Below are positions 1 to 10,467 of a DNA stretch of 32,000 bases, in pieces. The notes under the pieces are model-generated. The model did not search any database and was not told the DNA's origin. It worked only from the letters and a program-made list of their open reading frames with translations. Origin of the DNA: Trichodesmium erythraeum IMS101 (GTDB lineage Bacteria; Cyanobacteriota; Cyanobacteriia; Cyanobacteriales; Microcoleaceae). A program made the translations under genes and the position numbers. Every line of letters starts with the position of its first letter. Positions within the stretch are counted from its first letter, which is position 1. The stretch spans positions 750,001 through 782,000 of the forward strand of contig NC_008312.1 of the NCBI RefSeq assembly GCF_000014265.1, in the 5' to 3' direction.

Positions 1-261
1 TTATGATTATGGCCAAGTAAAAATAGCCCATGTAAAGATTTGATATAAATTATAGAAAAATTTCAAATAGGGAATGATAGTAGCAGAGGTAACTTTACTA
101 TGGTTGATATAAATTCCCATTTAACTCGAAAAATATTTATCTATCAGTATGTAATCTGATAATACCTCATATAAAATTTATATTCATACTATATCATTAA
201 TAGTCCATCAGTAAAGTGGACAAGTTTAACATTACTATTGTTTTTTGGAGAGCGTCAAAGA

Positions 262-672
262 ATGGTAAAATATAATCAAGCTAACCTTGCTCCTAAATTA
301 TCTATACCTTCTAACTTACAAGGATTTACTCCTACAGAACGTCCTTGGGGATCATTCACAATTTTAGAAGAAGGAAATAGATACAAAATAAAGCGCATAG
401 AAGTAAAACCAGGCCATCGACTTAGCCTACAAATGCACTACCACCGTAGTGAACATTGGGTTGTAGTGTCAGGAACTGCTAAAGTTACCTGTGGTAACAA
501 AGAAGAAATCCTCGAAAACAATCAATCTACCTATGTACCTCAATGTACTCCACATCGCTTAGAGAATCCAGGAGTTATTCCTCTGGTATTAATTGAGGTA
601 CAGAATGGGGAATATCTTGGAGAGGATGACATTATTCGTTTTCAAGATGATTATGCTCGAACAAACTCATAA
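262..672 (+). CDS. Stand-alone cupin-domain protein of the type II phosphomannose isomerase / ManC C-terminal type
   Basis: The track ORF 238..672 begins at TTG. The first in-frame ATG is at 262 (MVKYNQ...). The protein carries the cupin signature RPWGSF...KIKRIEVKPGHRLSLQMHYHRSEHWVVVSGTA...PHRLENPG...IEVQNGEYLGEDDIIRFQDDY, which I recall from the C-terminal half of bifunctional mannose-1-P guanylyltransferase/PMI. No nucleotidyltransferase half is present. Confidence 0.7.
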   Translation: MVKYNQANLAPKLSIPSNLQGFTPTERPWGSFTILEEGNRYKIKRIEVKPGHRLSLQMHYHRSEHWVVVSGTAKVTCGNKEEILENNQSTYVPQCTPHRLENPGVIPLVLIEVQNGEYLGEDDIIRFQDDYARTNS

Positions 673-704
673 ATTATACTTGTTGTAAGAAAAAAAGATT
701 CTCA

Positions 705-1028
705 ATGATTAACTTGAGTGCAACAGCAGTCCAAGAGATTATCCGTCTTCAGTCCAAACAAAATCAACCAAATATCTTATTTCGCCTAAGAGTTAAACCT
801 GGTGGTTGCTGTAGTTTATGTTACACAATGCAATTTGATACACAACAGGATAGTAATGATCGAGTTTATGATTATGGCCAAGTAAAAGTTGTAGTGGATT
901 CTCTACAACTTAACTACCTGAATGGATTAATCTTAGATTATTCTGAGGATCTTATGGGTGGAGGATTCCGATTTAATAATCCGAATGCTAAAGTAGCTTG
1001 CGGTTGTGGTAATTCTTTTTCTGTTTAG
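705..1028 (+). CDS. Iron-sulfur cluster assembly accessory protein (HesB/IscA/ErpA family)
   Basis: 107-aa ORF with an ATG start. It shows the family pattern: LRVKPGGCCSLCY, a ...DYSEDLMGGGFRFNNPNA segment, and the C-terminal CGCGNSF cysteine motif. Confidence 0.85.
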   Translation: MINLSATAVQEIIRLQSKQNQPNILFRLRVKPGGCCSLCYTMQFDTQQDSNDRVYDYGQVKVVVDSLQLNYLNGLILDYSEDLMGGGFRFNNPNAKVACGCGNSFSV

Positions 1029-1461
1029 TATTGACAAATATATCTCACTGATTTAAGATAAAAGACTGTCTGTAAACTTATAGGAAACTAACCCTGTTAT
1101 TTTCCCGAGACTTCCTAAAAATTGCGCTGTTGCACCAAATAACCCTATGAGTGTAACCATAATAAATGATGAATTTAACCGAGAAATATACCTCATAGCA
1201 AGCTGTAAAATCTTGTGGCAGGTTTTTCTGTTATGTTCCTAAAAAAATAGGAGGCTTAAAGCACTTTAAATATTGGCACTGGGGTCATTCGATGCAGCAA
1301 AGTTAAAATTGCGCTTTGGGGATTTTCCTCAAAGCGTTGTGATTTATATAATGTGTGATAATTATGCTGTATATATGGCTATTAAGAGTTTGATCATTTT
1401 GTAGGTAAAGCAGGGTGAGATTAATTTAAACTAGTGAATTATTCCCAAATCTGATAATTTA

Positions 1462-1583
1462 ATTAGGGTTGGTAGAAAAAGTGTTACGGCTGAGGGCCGC
1501 AAATGGCTCTTAAAGCTCTATGATTAGGGTTAGCAGAAAAAGTGTTACGGGTGAGGGAGGGCAATGGCTCTTATGCACTATAG
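1462..1583. repeat. Two tandem copies of a ~61-nt unit in the spacer upstream of rpsL
   Basis: 1462-1522 is attagggttggtagaaaaagtgttacggctgagggccgcaaatggctcttaaagctctatg. 1523-1583 is attagggttagcagaaaaagtgttacgggtgagggagggcaatggctcttatgcactatag. The two are collinear with a handful of substitutions, and a partial third start (taatggttgg) follows. Confidence 0.8.
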
Positions 1584-1966
1584 TAATGGTTGGAATGTTA
1601 ATTTTTCTACATTTTTTCTTCTGGAATACTAAGGTAAATATCTAATTTTTAATATGAGTTAACTAATTTTATAATACTTTCAGTCAGTAAATTTAGCACT
1701 TAAAACTTGGAAAATTCTGTGTTTGTATATTTATTCAGCAGACCTTTAATTAAAATTCCCAGGATTTTAGGTATTATGCAAATAATATAACTTTACTTTC
1801 GAGAAACAACAAAATATATCAGTTCACAAACTGAGTATCATAATAGTAATTGGCCTAAATGTATAGATTCGGTTTTGAGAGTATAGAGAAAAAAATTGGT
1901 CAAGTAAACTTGCCTAGAATTATTCTGTGGCGAAAATATAAAAACAATTAGACAAAACTGTTGCTA

Positions 1967-2341
1967 ATGCCCACAATTCAACAACTGATTCGTTCAGCTC
2001 GTCAAGATACAGAAAAGCAAACCAAATCTCCGGCACTGAAAAGTTGCCCTCAACGTCGTGGAGTATGCACAAGGGTGTATACAACGACACCAAAAAAACC
2101 CAACTCGGCTCTACGGAAAGTAGCTAGGGTCCGTCTAACTTCAGGCTTTGAAGTGACCGCTTATATCCCTGGTATTGGTCATAATTTACAGGAACACTCT
2201 GTAGTTATGATTAGGGGGGGTAGGGTTAAGGATTTACCTGGAGTAAGATATCACATAATTCGTGGCACATTAGATACTGCAGGAGTAAAAGACCGCAAGC
2301 AAAGTCGATCTAAGTATGGAGCTAAAAAGCCCAAAGCTTAA
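1967..2341 (+). CDS. rpsL: 30S ribosomal protein S12
   Basis: [12 protein letters not shown]...[54 protein letters not shown] is canonical S12. The track ORF starts at TTG 1961, but the ATG at 1967 gives the conserved [10 protein letters not shown]-terminus. Confidence 0.97.
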   Translation: MPTIQQLIRSARQDTEKQTKSPALKSCPQRRGVCTRVYTTTPKKPNSALRKVARVRLTSGFEVTAYIPGIGHNLQEHSVVMIRGGRVKDLPGVRYHIIRGTLDTAGVKDRKQSRSKYGAKKPKA

Positions 2342-2458
2342 ATTAGTAAAATGTAAAATTCTTGAAAGTCCTGGGTAAAATTTAAGTAGGGTAGCAAATA
2401 TTGAACTTTACATAAAGCTATTACCCATTGTTGAAAATTAAATTTATTGGTTTTTATT

Positions 2459-2929
2459 ATGTCTCGTCGTAGAGTTATTCAAAGACGTCCTATTCCTCCA
2501 GATCCTAAGTACAATAGTCGGTTAGTTACCATGATTGTACGACGCATAATGCGTCATGGAAAAAAGTCTGTAGCCTATAATATTGTTTACGATGCCTTTA
2601 AAGCTATTGAAGAAAGGACAGATTCAGATCCACTAGAATTATTTGAAAAGGCAGTTCGGAATTTGACGCCCCTAGTAGAGGTTAAAGCTCGTCGTGTAGG
2701 TGGTGCTACTTATCAAGTGCCAATGGAAGTACGCTCTGATAGAGGAACTACTCTGGCTTTGCGTTGGTTAGTTCAATACTCAAGATCTAGAGGTGGCAAG
2801 ACAATGGCCATGAAACTAGCTAATGAGTTGATGGATGCAGCTAATGAAACGGGTAGTGCTATTCGTAAGCGAGAAGAAACTCACAAGATGGCAGAAGCGA
2901 ATAAAGCCTTTGCTCACTATCGTTACTAA
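2459..2929 (+). CDS. rpsG: 30S ribosomal protein S7
   Basis: [23 protein letters not shown]...[20 protein letters not shown]...[10 protein letters not shown] is canonical S7. The ATG at 2459 lies inside the TTG-initiated track ORF (2447). Confidence 0.97.
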
Positions 2930-3025
2930 TAGATTAGGATTAGAGAAATTTGATGGTTGTCCCAACAGTAGGCAATTTTAATCAACTCTAAAAATGGGTA
3001 GCATAGATCAACGAAGGAGGTAACT

Positions 3026-5101
3026 GTGGTAAGAACTATGCCCATTGAGCGTGTGCGAAATATTGGTATTGCAGCTCATATTGATGCTGGTAAAACAACA
3101 ACAACAGAAAGAATCCTATTTTATTCTGGCATAGTACATAAAATGGGAGAGGTTCACTATGGCACCGCAGTTACCGACTGGATGGCTCAAGAGCGTGAAC
3201 GTGGAATTACTATTACTGCGGCTGCTATTAGTACCAAGTGGTTAGACCATCAAATTAATATTATTGATACTCCAGGACATGTAGACTTTACCATCGAAGT
3301 AGAACGTTCGATGAGGGTTCTCGATGGTATAATAGCTGTTTTTTGTTCTGTGGGAGGAGTACAATCTCAATCAGAAACGGTTTGGCGTCAAGCTGACCGT
3401 TATCAAGTGCCTCGTATGGCCTTTATCAATAAAATGGACAGAACAGGGGCTAACTTCTTTAAGGTGTATGAGCAAATTCGTGATCGTCTCCGTGCTAATG
3501 CAGTTCCTATTCAAATTCCTATCGGTAGTGAAAATGAATTTACTGGAATTGTGGACTTGGTGGCCATGAAAGCTTTGATCTATAATGATGACCAGGGAAC
3601 AGATATTCAAGAAACAGAAATTCCAGCAGATGTGGAAAAATTGGCTCAAGAATATCGTCTCAAGTTAGTAGAGTCTGTAGCTGAAACTGATGATGCTTTG
3701 ACAGAAAAGTATCTAGAAGGGGAGGAACTAACAGCAGAGGAAATTCGTAAAGCTCTACGTCTTGCTACTATTTCTGGTACAGTTGTACCTATATTATGTG
3801 GTTCTGCTTTCAAAAACAAAGGTATTCAGCTTTTGTTGAATGCGGTAGTGGATTATTTGCCCGCTCCTCAAGAAGTTCCAGCAATTCAAGGTACATTGCC
3901 TAATGGAGAATTGGATGTGAGGCCAGCAGATGATGAAGCCCCTTTAGCATCTCTGGCATTCAAAATTATGTCAGACCCTTATGGTCGTCTCACTTTCCTC
4001 CGGGTATATTCTGGAGTCCTTGCTAAAGGCAGTTATATTTTAAATTCTACTAAAGATAAGAAAGAAAGAATTTCTCGTTTAATTGTTCTGAAAGCTGATG
4101 ACAGAATAGAGGTCGATGAATTGCGAGCTGGAGATTTGGGAGCAGTTGTGGGTTTAAAAGACACCTTGACAGGAGATACGATTTGTGATAAAGATAATCC
4201 AATTATCCTAGAGTCTCTTTATGTCCCTGAGCCAGTTATATCAGTTGCTGTAGAACCGAAAACCAAGCAGGATATAGATAAATTGTCTCAAGCTCTTCAG
4301 GCTCTTTCTGATGAAGACCCTACATTTCGGGTGAGTGTTGATCCTGAAACTAATCAAACTGTGATTGCTGGTATGGGCGAACTACACCTAGAAATATTAG
4401 TAGATAGGATGCTTCGGGAATATAAGGTGAAAGCTAATGTAGGTAAACCACAGGTAGCGTACCGAGAAACTATTCGCCAACAGATTCAGGCAGAAGGTAA
4501 ATTTATCCGTCAAAGTGGTGGTAAAGGTCAGTATGGTCATGTGGTCATAGAGCTGGAACCAGGAGACCCAGGTAGTGGCTTTGAGTTTGTCTCTAAAATT
4601 GTTGGAGGGACAGTACCTAAAGAGTTTATTAGTCCAGCAGAGCAAGGAATGAAAGAAGCTTGTGAAGCCGGTGTTTTGGCTGGTTATCCATTAATAGATG
4701 TTAAGGCTACTCTAGTAGATGGATCTTACCACGATGTGGATTCTTCGGAAATGGCTTTTAAAATTGCTGGTTCTATGGCAATTAAGGAAGGTGTAATTAA
4801 GGCTTCACCTGTATTATTAGAGCCTATGATGAAGGTAGAGGTAGAAGTACCTGAAGATTTTATCGGTAATATTATCGGAGACCTAAACTCTCGAAGAGGA
4901 CAAATAGAGGGTCAAGGATTAGAAACAGGTATGGCAAAAGTAATGGCAAAAGTTCCTTTAGCAGAAATGTTTGGTTATGCTACTGATATGAGGTCAAAAA
5001 CTCAAGGTCGCGGTGTGTTTTCGATGGAATTTAGTAATTACGAGGAAGTGCCTCATAATGTCGCTGAGACTATTATTTCTAAAAGTAGAGGGTATGTTTA
5101 G
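3026..5101 (+). CDS. fusA: Translation elongation factor G
   Basis: 691 aa with [28 protein letters not shown] and NKMDR GTPase motifs and a full-length EF-G body. The GTG start at 3026 sits 5 nt after AGGAGG (3015-3020) and gives the usual MxRTxPxERVRN N-terminus. The alternative ATG is at 3038. Confidence 0.97.
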   Translation: MVRTMPIERVRNIGIAAHIDAGKTTTTERILFYSGIVHKMGEVHYGTAVTDWMAQERERGITITAAAISTKWLDHQINIIDTPGHVDFTIEVERSMRVLDGIIAVFCSVGGVQSQSETVWRQADRYQVPRMAFINKMDRTGANFFKVYEQIRDRLRANAVPIQIPIGSENEFTGIVDLVAMKALIYNDDQGTDIQETEIPADVEKLAQEYRLKLVESVAETDDALTEKYLEGEELTAEEIRKALRLATISGTVVPILCGSAFKNKGIQLLLNAVVDYLPAPQEVPAIQGTLPNGELDVRPADDEAPLASLAFKIMSDPYGRLTFLRVYSGVLAKGSYILNSTKDKKERISRLIVLKADDRIEVDELRAGDLGAVVGLKDTLTGDTICDKDNPIILESLYVPEPVISVAVEPKTKQDIDKLSQALQALSDEDPTFRVSVDPETNQTVIAGMGELHLEILVDRMLREYKVKANVGKPQVAYRETIRQQIQAEGKFIRQSGGKGQYGHVVIELEPGDPGSGFEFVSKIVGGTVPKEFISPAEQGMKEACEAGVLAGYPLIDVKATLVDGSYHDVDSSEMAFKIAGSMAIKEGVIKASPVLLEPMMKVEVEVPEDFIGNIIGDLNSRRGQIEGQGLETGMAKVMAKVPLAEMFGYATDMRSKTQGRGVFSMEFSNYEEVPHNVAETIISKSRGYV

Positions 5102-5362
5102 TGGTTTGGGAAATTTTGTGTTTTTTAGGTTAAAATTCTAGTTCTGAGATTAGATAATGTAAGAATCAAATAACTGATAAATAAATGAAAACTTGCAATT
5201 TACTGAAAAAGTTAGCAATTAATTGTCTAAAGCAAAAGCTAAAAAATATTAGGTAAAGGAATAAGCATGATTTTCAGAGTTTATCTTATTATTAATTAGT
5301 GTATCAATTTCCTAATTTAAGGGAAGCAGAATTAACTACGAAAAAAAAGGAAAAAGTTATTA

Positions 5363-6592
5363 ATGGCACGTGCAAAATTTGAAAGAAATAAACCTCATGT
5401 CAATATTGGAACTATTGGCCATGTAGACCACGGTAAAACAACCTTAACTGCTGCAATTACAATGAGTCTAGCAGCGCAAGGAAAGGCTAAGGCAAGAAAT
5501 TATGCAGATATTGATGCAGCTCCAGAAGAGAAAGCACGGGGTATCACAATTAATACTGCTCATGTAGAGTATGAAACAGAAGGACGTCACTATGCTCATG
5601 TAGATTGTCCAGGACATGCTGACTACGTAAAAAATATGATTACAGGTGCAGCTCAAATGGATGGTGCAATTCTAGTAGTTTCAGCTGCAGATGGCCCAAT
5701 GCCCCAAACTCGTGAGCATATTCTGTTAGCAAAACAAGTGGGGGTTCCTAATATAGTTATCTTCCTTAACAAGCAAGATATGGTAGATGATGAAGAACTT
5801 TTAGAACTAGTGGAACTGGAAGTTAGGGAACTTTTAAGCGACTATGATTTTGATGGAGATAATATTCCTATCGTGGCTGGTTCTGCTTTACAGGCAGTAG
5901 AAGCACTAACAGCAAACCCAGGAATAGGAAAGGGAGAAAATGAATGGGTAGATAAAATTCTCTCTCTGATGGATGAAGTTGATGGGTACATTCCTCAACC
6001 AGAACGTGATGTTGATAAGCCATTCTTAATGGCGGTAGAAGACGTATTTTCTATTACGGGTCGCGGTACTGTAGCTACAGGACGGATTGAACGTGGTAAG
6101 ATAAAAGTTGGGGAAACTGTAGAATTGGTTGGAATTAAAGATACTCGCAATAGTACTGTTACAGGTGTGGAAATGTTCCAGAAAATTCTGGACGAAGGAA
6201 TGGCTGGAGATAATGTAGGATTACTACTACGTGGTATGCAGAAAGATGATATCCAACGTGGTATGGTTTTAGCTAAATCAGGTTCTATTACTCCCCATAA
6301 GAAGTTTGAGTCAGAAGTATATGTTCTCAAAAAGGAGGAAGGAGGCCGTCATACACCTTTCTTCCCAAATTATCGCCCTCAATTCTATATTCGGACAACA
6401 GATGTGACTGGTGCTATTGAGTCTTTTACTGCTGATGATGGTAGTGTGGCAGAGATGGTCATGCCTGGTGACAGGATTAAAATGACAGTTCAACTAATCA
6501 ATCCAGTGGCCATTGAACAAGGTATGCGTTTTGCCATTCGTGAAGGTGGGAGAACTATTGGCGCTGGTGTTGTCTCTAAGATTGTAGAGTAG
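5363..6592 (+). CDS. tuf: Translation elongation factor Tu
   Basis: 409 aa. [36 protein letters not shown] and NKQD motifs with a full EF-Tu body. Confidence 0.98.
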   Translation: MARAKFERNKPHVNIGTIGHVDHGKTTLTAAITMSLAAQGKAKARNYADIDAAPEEKARGITINTAHVEYETEGRHYAHVDCPGHADYVKNMITGAAQMDGAILVVSAADGPMPQTREHILLAKQVGVPNIVIFLNKQDMVDDEELLELVELEVRELLSDYDFDGDNIPIVAGSALQAVEALTANPGIGKGENEWVDKILSLMDEVDGYIPQPERDVDKPFLMAVEDVFSITGRGTVATGRIERGKIKVGETVELVGIKDTRNSTVTGVEMFQKILDEGMAGDNVGLLLRGMQKDDIQRGMVLAKSGSITPHKKFESEVYVLKKEEGGRHTPFFPNYRPQFYIRTTDVTGAIESFTADDGSVAEMVMPGDRIKMTVQLINPVAIEQGMRFAIREGGRTIGAGVVSKIVE

Positions 6593-6618
6593 GAAAACGT
6601 CCTGAGAAATTAAGTAGT

Positions 6619-6657
6619 AGAAAAGCAGTTATGTAAGTTATTGATTTTTGCTTTTCT
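6619..6657 (+). terminator. Weak hairpin downstream of tuf (possible attenuating or terminator structure)
   Basis: agaaaagca (6619-6627) is the exact reverse complement of tgcttttct (6649-6657), giving a 9-bp AT-rich stem with a 21-nt loop. It is followed by gctgcttattt, so there is no clean U-tract. Confidence 0.2.
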
Positions 6658-6837
6658 GCTGCTTATTTAACGAAAGTCTAAAACTTCGCCTTTTAAGGGG
6701 AAATGTTTTTAGAGGATTGCTGACTCATCCCTGTTACCAAAAAAACTTCTAACTTCATATTAGTCCTTTGCAAGTAAAGAAAACTAGCAATTGATAATTG
6801 AAAAATTAAAAATCTGAACCTAGAAAATTGAAAATAA

Positions 6838-7155
6838 ATGGCCACAATTCAACAGCAAAAAATTCGTATTCGTTTGAAAGCATTTGACCGCCGTTTACTA
6901 GATACATCTTGTGAGAAAATTGTAGATACGGCAAATAGAACAGGAGCAACAGCGATTGGGCCAATACCTTTGCCCACAAAAAGACGTATTTATTGTCTGT
7001 TGCGATCGCCCCACGTTGATAAAGATTCACGAGAACATTTTGAAACCAGGACACATCGTAGAATTGTAGATATCTATCAACCTTCCTCAAAAACAATTGA
7101 TGCTTTGATGAAACTTGATTTACCAGCAGGTGTAGATATTGAAGTGAAGCTATAG
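6838..7155 (+). CDS. rpsJ: 30S ribosomal protein S10
   Basis: [22 protein letters not shown]...[39 protein letters not shown] is canonical S10 placed directly after tuf. Confidence 0.97.
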   Translation: MATIQQQKIRIRLKAFDRRLLDTSCEKIVDTANRTGATAIGPIPLPTKRRIYCLLRSPHVDKDSREHFETRTHRRIVDIYQPSSKTIDALMKLDLPAGVDIEVKL

Positions 7156-7503
7156 ATAAACTAAGCCATGAGCAAATAGATAAGAGTTGATACTTGTTAA
7201 TAATGCCATAGCCTTAAGAAGTAATTTGCTAATCTACAGTTTTTGATATCTTAGAGTTAGATTTACTTTGATAAGGTAAATATTAATCTTAGGGTACTGT
7301 TGAGGATAGTGTTGAAGATAGTGAGGTATATTTTGATATTAATCTCTCTTAACTATTCTCTAAGCTCCTAAAACTTTGTAACTAATAAACTCTAAAATAG
7401 CTGTAAATTAATATTTGCTCCTTTAAGCAAGAGCACGGGTTTTTAATTAACCTTAAGATCTAACTAAGGCAATATCTCAAAACCTTGGTGATCCTCAATT
7501 TTT

Positions 7504-7539
7504 ATCTCAAAATTATCAAAAATCTCAAAATTATCAAAA
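7504..7539. repeat. Perfect 2 x 18-nt tandem duplication
   Basis: atctcaaaattatcaaaa occurs at 7504-7521 and again at 7522-7539, in the spacer upstream of the LON-domain gene. Confidence 0.9.
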
Positions 7540-7620
7540 ATATTAAGTATATATATATCCAAGGATAGAAAAATCCGCTTATAATAAGTCTAATTACTAA
7601 GACTCTATTAAAACTGGAAA

Positions 7621-8259
7621 ATGGCATCCTCTTCTGTAGCTGTTCGAGAACTTCCCCTATTTCCCTTACCAGAAGTAGTATTATTTCCGGGTAGGCCATT
7701 ACCACTATATATCTTTGAATTTCGCTATAGAATTATGATGAATACAATTCTAGAGAGTGATAGTAGATTTGGAGTTATGATGTGGGACTCAACCCAAGAT
7801 CGAGTTGTGGCAACTGGATGCTGCGCTAGAATTGAGGATTATCAGCGTTTACCTGATGATCGAATGAAGATTTTAACTATAGGTGAGAAGAGATTTAGAG
7901 TTTTAGATACGGTTAGAGAAAAACCGTATTTAGTTGGTTTAGTTGAATGGATAGAAGATGCTCCTTCTGAAAAGGAGCTTAGAGAGTTAACAACAAAAGT
8001 TGATCTCTTACTGAAAGATGTAGTTCATCTTTCGGGAAAATTGATGGATCAGAGGATAGAGCTACCAGAAGATATTCCTAATTTACCTAAAGAATTATCC
8101 TACTGGGTAGCTAGTAATCTTTATGGTGTGGCGACAGAACAGCAAGCTCTTTTGGAGATGCAAGATACTGGTGCTAGACTAGAAAGAGAAGTAGAAATTC
8201 TCACTTCTACCCGCAATCATCTTGCAGCTAGAACTGTTCTTAAGGATACTTTAAATTGA
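7621..8259 (+). CDS. LON peptidase N-terminal (substrate-binding) domain protein, stand-alone
   Basis: 212 aa. ELPLFPLPEVVLFPGRPLPLYIFEFRYRIM...FGVMMWD...GCCARIEDYQRLPDDRMKILTIGEKRFRV matches the LON N-domain pattern (LPLFPL..VLFPG..LPL.IFE.RY). No AAA+ or protease domain follows. Confidence 0.8.
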   Translation: MASSSVAVRELPLFPLPEVVLFPGRPLPLYIFEFRYRIMMNTILESDSRFGVMMWDSTQDRVVATGCCARIEDYQRLPDDRMKILTIGEKRFRVLDTVREKPYLVGLVEWIEDAPSEKELRELTTKVDLLLKDVVHLSGKLMDQRIELPEDIPNLPKELSYWVASNLYGVATEQQALLEMQDTGARLEREVEILTSTRNHLAARTVLKDTLN

Positions 8260-8512
8260 CATTCTCTCAAAGTTACTTACTCTCAAAGTTGCTTAACTGC
8301 AAAACCTAATGTTTTTTTTGATTGGACATCATCTCAATGCTGCTCTATGAGACAGCATTGAGGTAAAAAAATATACCAAATGGGTTTAGTTGGAACGTAT
8401 AAAGTAGAGTATTATATACTGTTTGTTAAACTGTAACATTGTTGGCAATTTCTTATGTAGATCCCGTGAGCTCTGAAGAAAAGTATAAATGCTAATACAT
8501 CAAACTTATGAA

Positions 8513-9103
8513 TTATATCCCTTGGCTACTAGGAGATAAAATAGGATAGTTTTTGTTCTTGATTAAGTCCTGGGTTTCATCATTAGCCCATTTATAATAA
8601 TCTAGTAATAATTGATGGGTTAATCTTTGTTTGATTGTCATTAATACACTTTTGAGTAAACTATTACCAGTTGTTTCTAAGACTGGTAATGGTGTCAACA
8701 ATAATGGAGGGGGTAATTCTACTTTAACTTCTAAATCAGCTTGACCTTTGAGATGAGTAACTCCTTTCAATTCTAGGGTATCAAGGATACCAACCAGATT
8801 CAGGTTAAAGCGTTGGTTTATATACTCTACACCACGAATTTCACATCTGTCTGACTTTAAGTAAATTTTGCCTTTAGTACTAGACCACAAGCGCATATCT
8901 ACAGTTGGTTGAATGCTTAACATCATAAAGTGTAGTGGACGCATTTTTAGGCGGAAACAATTTTGATCTAATTGCTCTAATCTTGTTGGGTCAACTAAAG
9001 CATTAACTAAGCGCTTTGGTTGACGAAGATAATGTTGAATAGGAACTTTTTGTTCTACTACAGGAATATCTACTGATTGTGAAGCAGTAAATTTACAAAT
9101 CAT
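8513..9103 (-). CDS. Conserved hypothetical protein, DUF1997-like
   Basis: 196-aa ORF with an ATG start. From memory, the sequence (HYLRQPKRLVNALVDPTRLEQLDQNCFRLKMRPLHFMMLSIQPTVDMRLW...) resembles the cyanobacterial/plastid DUF1997 family. The family assignment is unverified. Confidence 0.55.
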   Translation of the reverse strand: MICKFTASQSVDIPVVEQKVPIQHYLRQPKRLVNALVDPTRLEQLDQNCFRLKMRPLHFMMLSIQPTVDMRLWSSTKGKIYLKSDRCEIRGVEYINQRFNLNLVGILDTLELKGVTHLKGQADLEVKVELPPPLLLTPLPVLETTGNSLLKSVLMTIKQRLTHQLLLDYYKWANDETQDLIKNKNYPILSPSSQGI

Positions 9104-9139
9104 AATTTTAAAAAAAAATCAATAGCTGATAGCTAAAAT

Positions 9140-9181
9140 ATAATATTAATTAACATTGAAATAATATTAATTAACATTAAA
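9140..9181. repeat. 2 x 21-nt tandem duplication (1 mismatch)
   Basis: ataatattaattaacattgaa (9140-9160) is followed by ataatattaattaacattaaa (9161-9181), in the divergent spacer between the DUF1997-like gene and pheA. Confidence 0.85.
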
Positions 9182-9505
9182 GTTTGTTAATTTCATTAAT
9201 TTTATATTAAAGTATATAGTCAAGTTTGGTCAATAACTAACATTCAGATTTAGGTAAAATGGTAATATTGATTAATTAATTCTCATAAATGATATTGCCT
9301 CACAAATGGGAAGTAAGTAAACAAATGTAATTTTATTTTGCAAAAATGTAAATTATTTGTACTTTGTAAAAATTTTGTTGGATGTAAAATTTCAAATAGA
9401 GTGAGGTTCTTATTCAAGGGGATAAAAAAAAGTCATTTTGGATTTTCTGGCCTCCGGTTTCAGTCAGAGGTACTCATAGCTGATAACTGATAACTTATAA
9501 CTGAA

Positions 9506-10396
9506 ATGACTATATCTATTGCACATCTTGGTCCTGCTGGAACTTATACAGAAACGGCAGCAGTGGCATTTTCTGAAAAACTGGGCCAGCATGGTCAAAA
9601 ATCTATTCTGTGTCCGTACCCTAGTATTGCTCAAACTTTATCGGCAGTTTCTCAAGAGCAAGTGAATTTGGCAGTTGTACCTGTAGAAAATTCTATTGAA
9701 GGAAGCGTTACTGTTACTTTAGATACGCTTTGGAAACTGGATATTTTAGAAATTCAAACAGCATTAGTCTTACCTATTTCTCATGGGTTGATATCACTAG
9801 CTACTAGTTTTGAGGAGATTAAAATTGTTTATTCTCATCCACAAGCTTTAGCTCAATGTCAAGGTTGGCTAGAAAAGTTTTTACCGCAAGTAAAGCAAGT
9901 TCCAGCTAATTCTACTACAGAAGCATTAGAGCATTTGGAAAAAGAGCGGAGTGCCGGAGCGATCGCTTCTCATAGAGCTGCTAAAATTTATAAATTACCT
10001 GTATTAGCTTATCCAATTAATGATTATTCTGATAATTGTACTCGCTTTTTGGTATTGAAAAAAGGATGTACAGAAATGGAAAATTCAGCTTTTAAACTAA
10101 TAATTAATACAAGAGATAAGCCAGAAAATTTAGTTTTTACTTCTTTAGGTTTTACTGTACCTGCAAATGAACCTGGAGCTTTAGTTAAACCATTGCAAGT
10201 ATTTGCTAAAAGGGAGATTAATATGAGTAGAATAGAATCTCGTCCAACAAAACTATCTCTAGGTGATTATTTATTTTTTATTGATATAGAAGCTAATATT
10301 AATCATAATTCTGTTAAGGTAGCGATAGAAGAATTAAAAACCTATACACAAACCCTTAAAATTTTTGGCAGTTATATTCTTATGTCTATCAATTAA
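9506..10396 (+). CDS. pheA: Prephenate dehydratase
   Basis: 296 aa. The N-terminus is IAHLGPAGTYTETAA, the catalytic-domain motif is TRFLVL, and the ACT-domain region has PGALVKPLQVFAKREINMSRIESRPTK. This is the typical PDT + ACT architecture. Confidence 0.9.
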   Translation: MTISIAHLGPAGTYTETAAVAFSEKLGQHGQKSILCPYPSIAQTLSAVSQEQVNLAVVPVENSIEGSVTVTLDTLWKLDILEIQTALVLPISHGLISLATSFEEIKIVYSHPQALAQCQGWLEKFLPQVKQVPANSTTEALEHLEKERSAGAIASHRAAKIYKLPVLAYPINDYSDNCTRFLVLKKGCTEMENSAFKLIINTRDKPENLVFTSLGFTVPANEPGALVKPLQVFAKREINMSRIESRPTKLSLGDYLFFIDIEANINHNSVKVAIEELKTYTQTLKIFGSYILMSIN

Positions 10397-10467
10397 TAGT
10401 GATTAGTATTTAATTACCAGTTTGGTTTTGTGATCTTTCCTGACTGTTGATCATAAATATATTCTAT

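Noticed and set aside
1053-1160. 35-aa hydrophobic ORF on the - strand (MVTLIGLFGATAQFLGSLGKITGLVSYKFTDSLLS) just downstream of the IscA gene
   Set aside because: No Shine-Dalgarno sequence and no match to any small photosystem or cytochrome subunit I can recall. An ORF of this length is expected by chance. It is worth a TBLASTN check but is not reportable as a gene.
1462-1583. CRISPR-like appearance of the repeated ~61-nt units
   Set aside because: There are only two directly adjacent copies with no spacers. The units are imperfect and too long, and no cas genes are in the window. It is a simple tandem duplication.
1896-1942. Candidate sigma70-type promoter hexamers (ttggtc/tagaat, ttgcct/tataaa) upstream of rpsL
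   Set aside because: The spacings I measured are 13 and 21 nt, outside the functional 16-18 nt range. In DNA this AT-rich, -10-like hexamers are ubiquitous.
3371-6493. Antisense ORFs inside fusA and tuf (3371..3649, 4397..4645, 5468..5656, 5995..6330, 6311..6493, all -)
   Set aside because: They are fully embedded opposite highly conserved genes, with low-complexity or Cys/Ile/Ser-rich shadow-frame composition.
6806-7096. ORF 6806..7096 (-) overlapping rpsJ
   Set aside because: It is a shadow of canonical S10 on the opposite strand, with no family resemblance.
7502-7705. ORF 7502..7705 (-)
   Set aside because: Its C-terminal end (FLIILRFLIILR) is just the translation of the 18-nt tandem duplication, and its 5' end overlaps the start of the LON-domain gene.
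8332-8361. 10-bp perfect hairpin (ctcaatgctg / cagcattgag) between the convergent LON-domain and DUF1997-like genes, as a bidirectional terminator
   Set aside because: The T-run lies upstream and the A-run downstream of the stem on the + strand, and the mirror arrangement holds on the - strand. Neither orientation therefore has a hairpin followed by a U-tract. It may still be a processing or stability element, but I cannot call it an intrinsic terminator.
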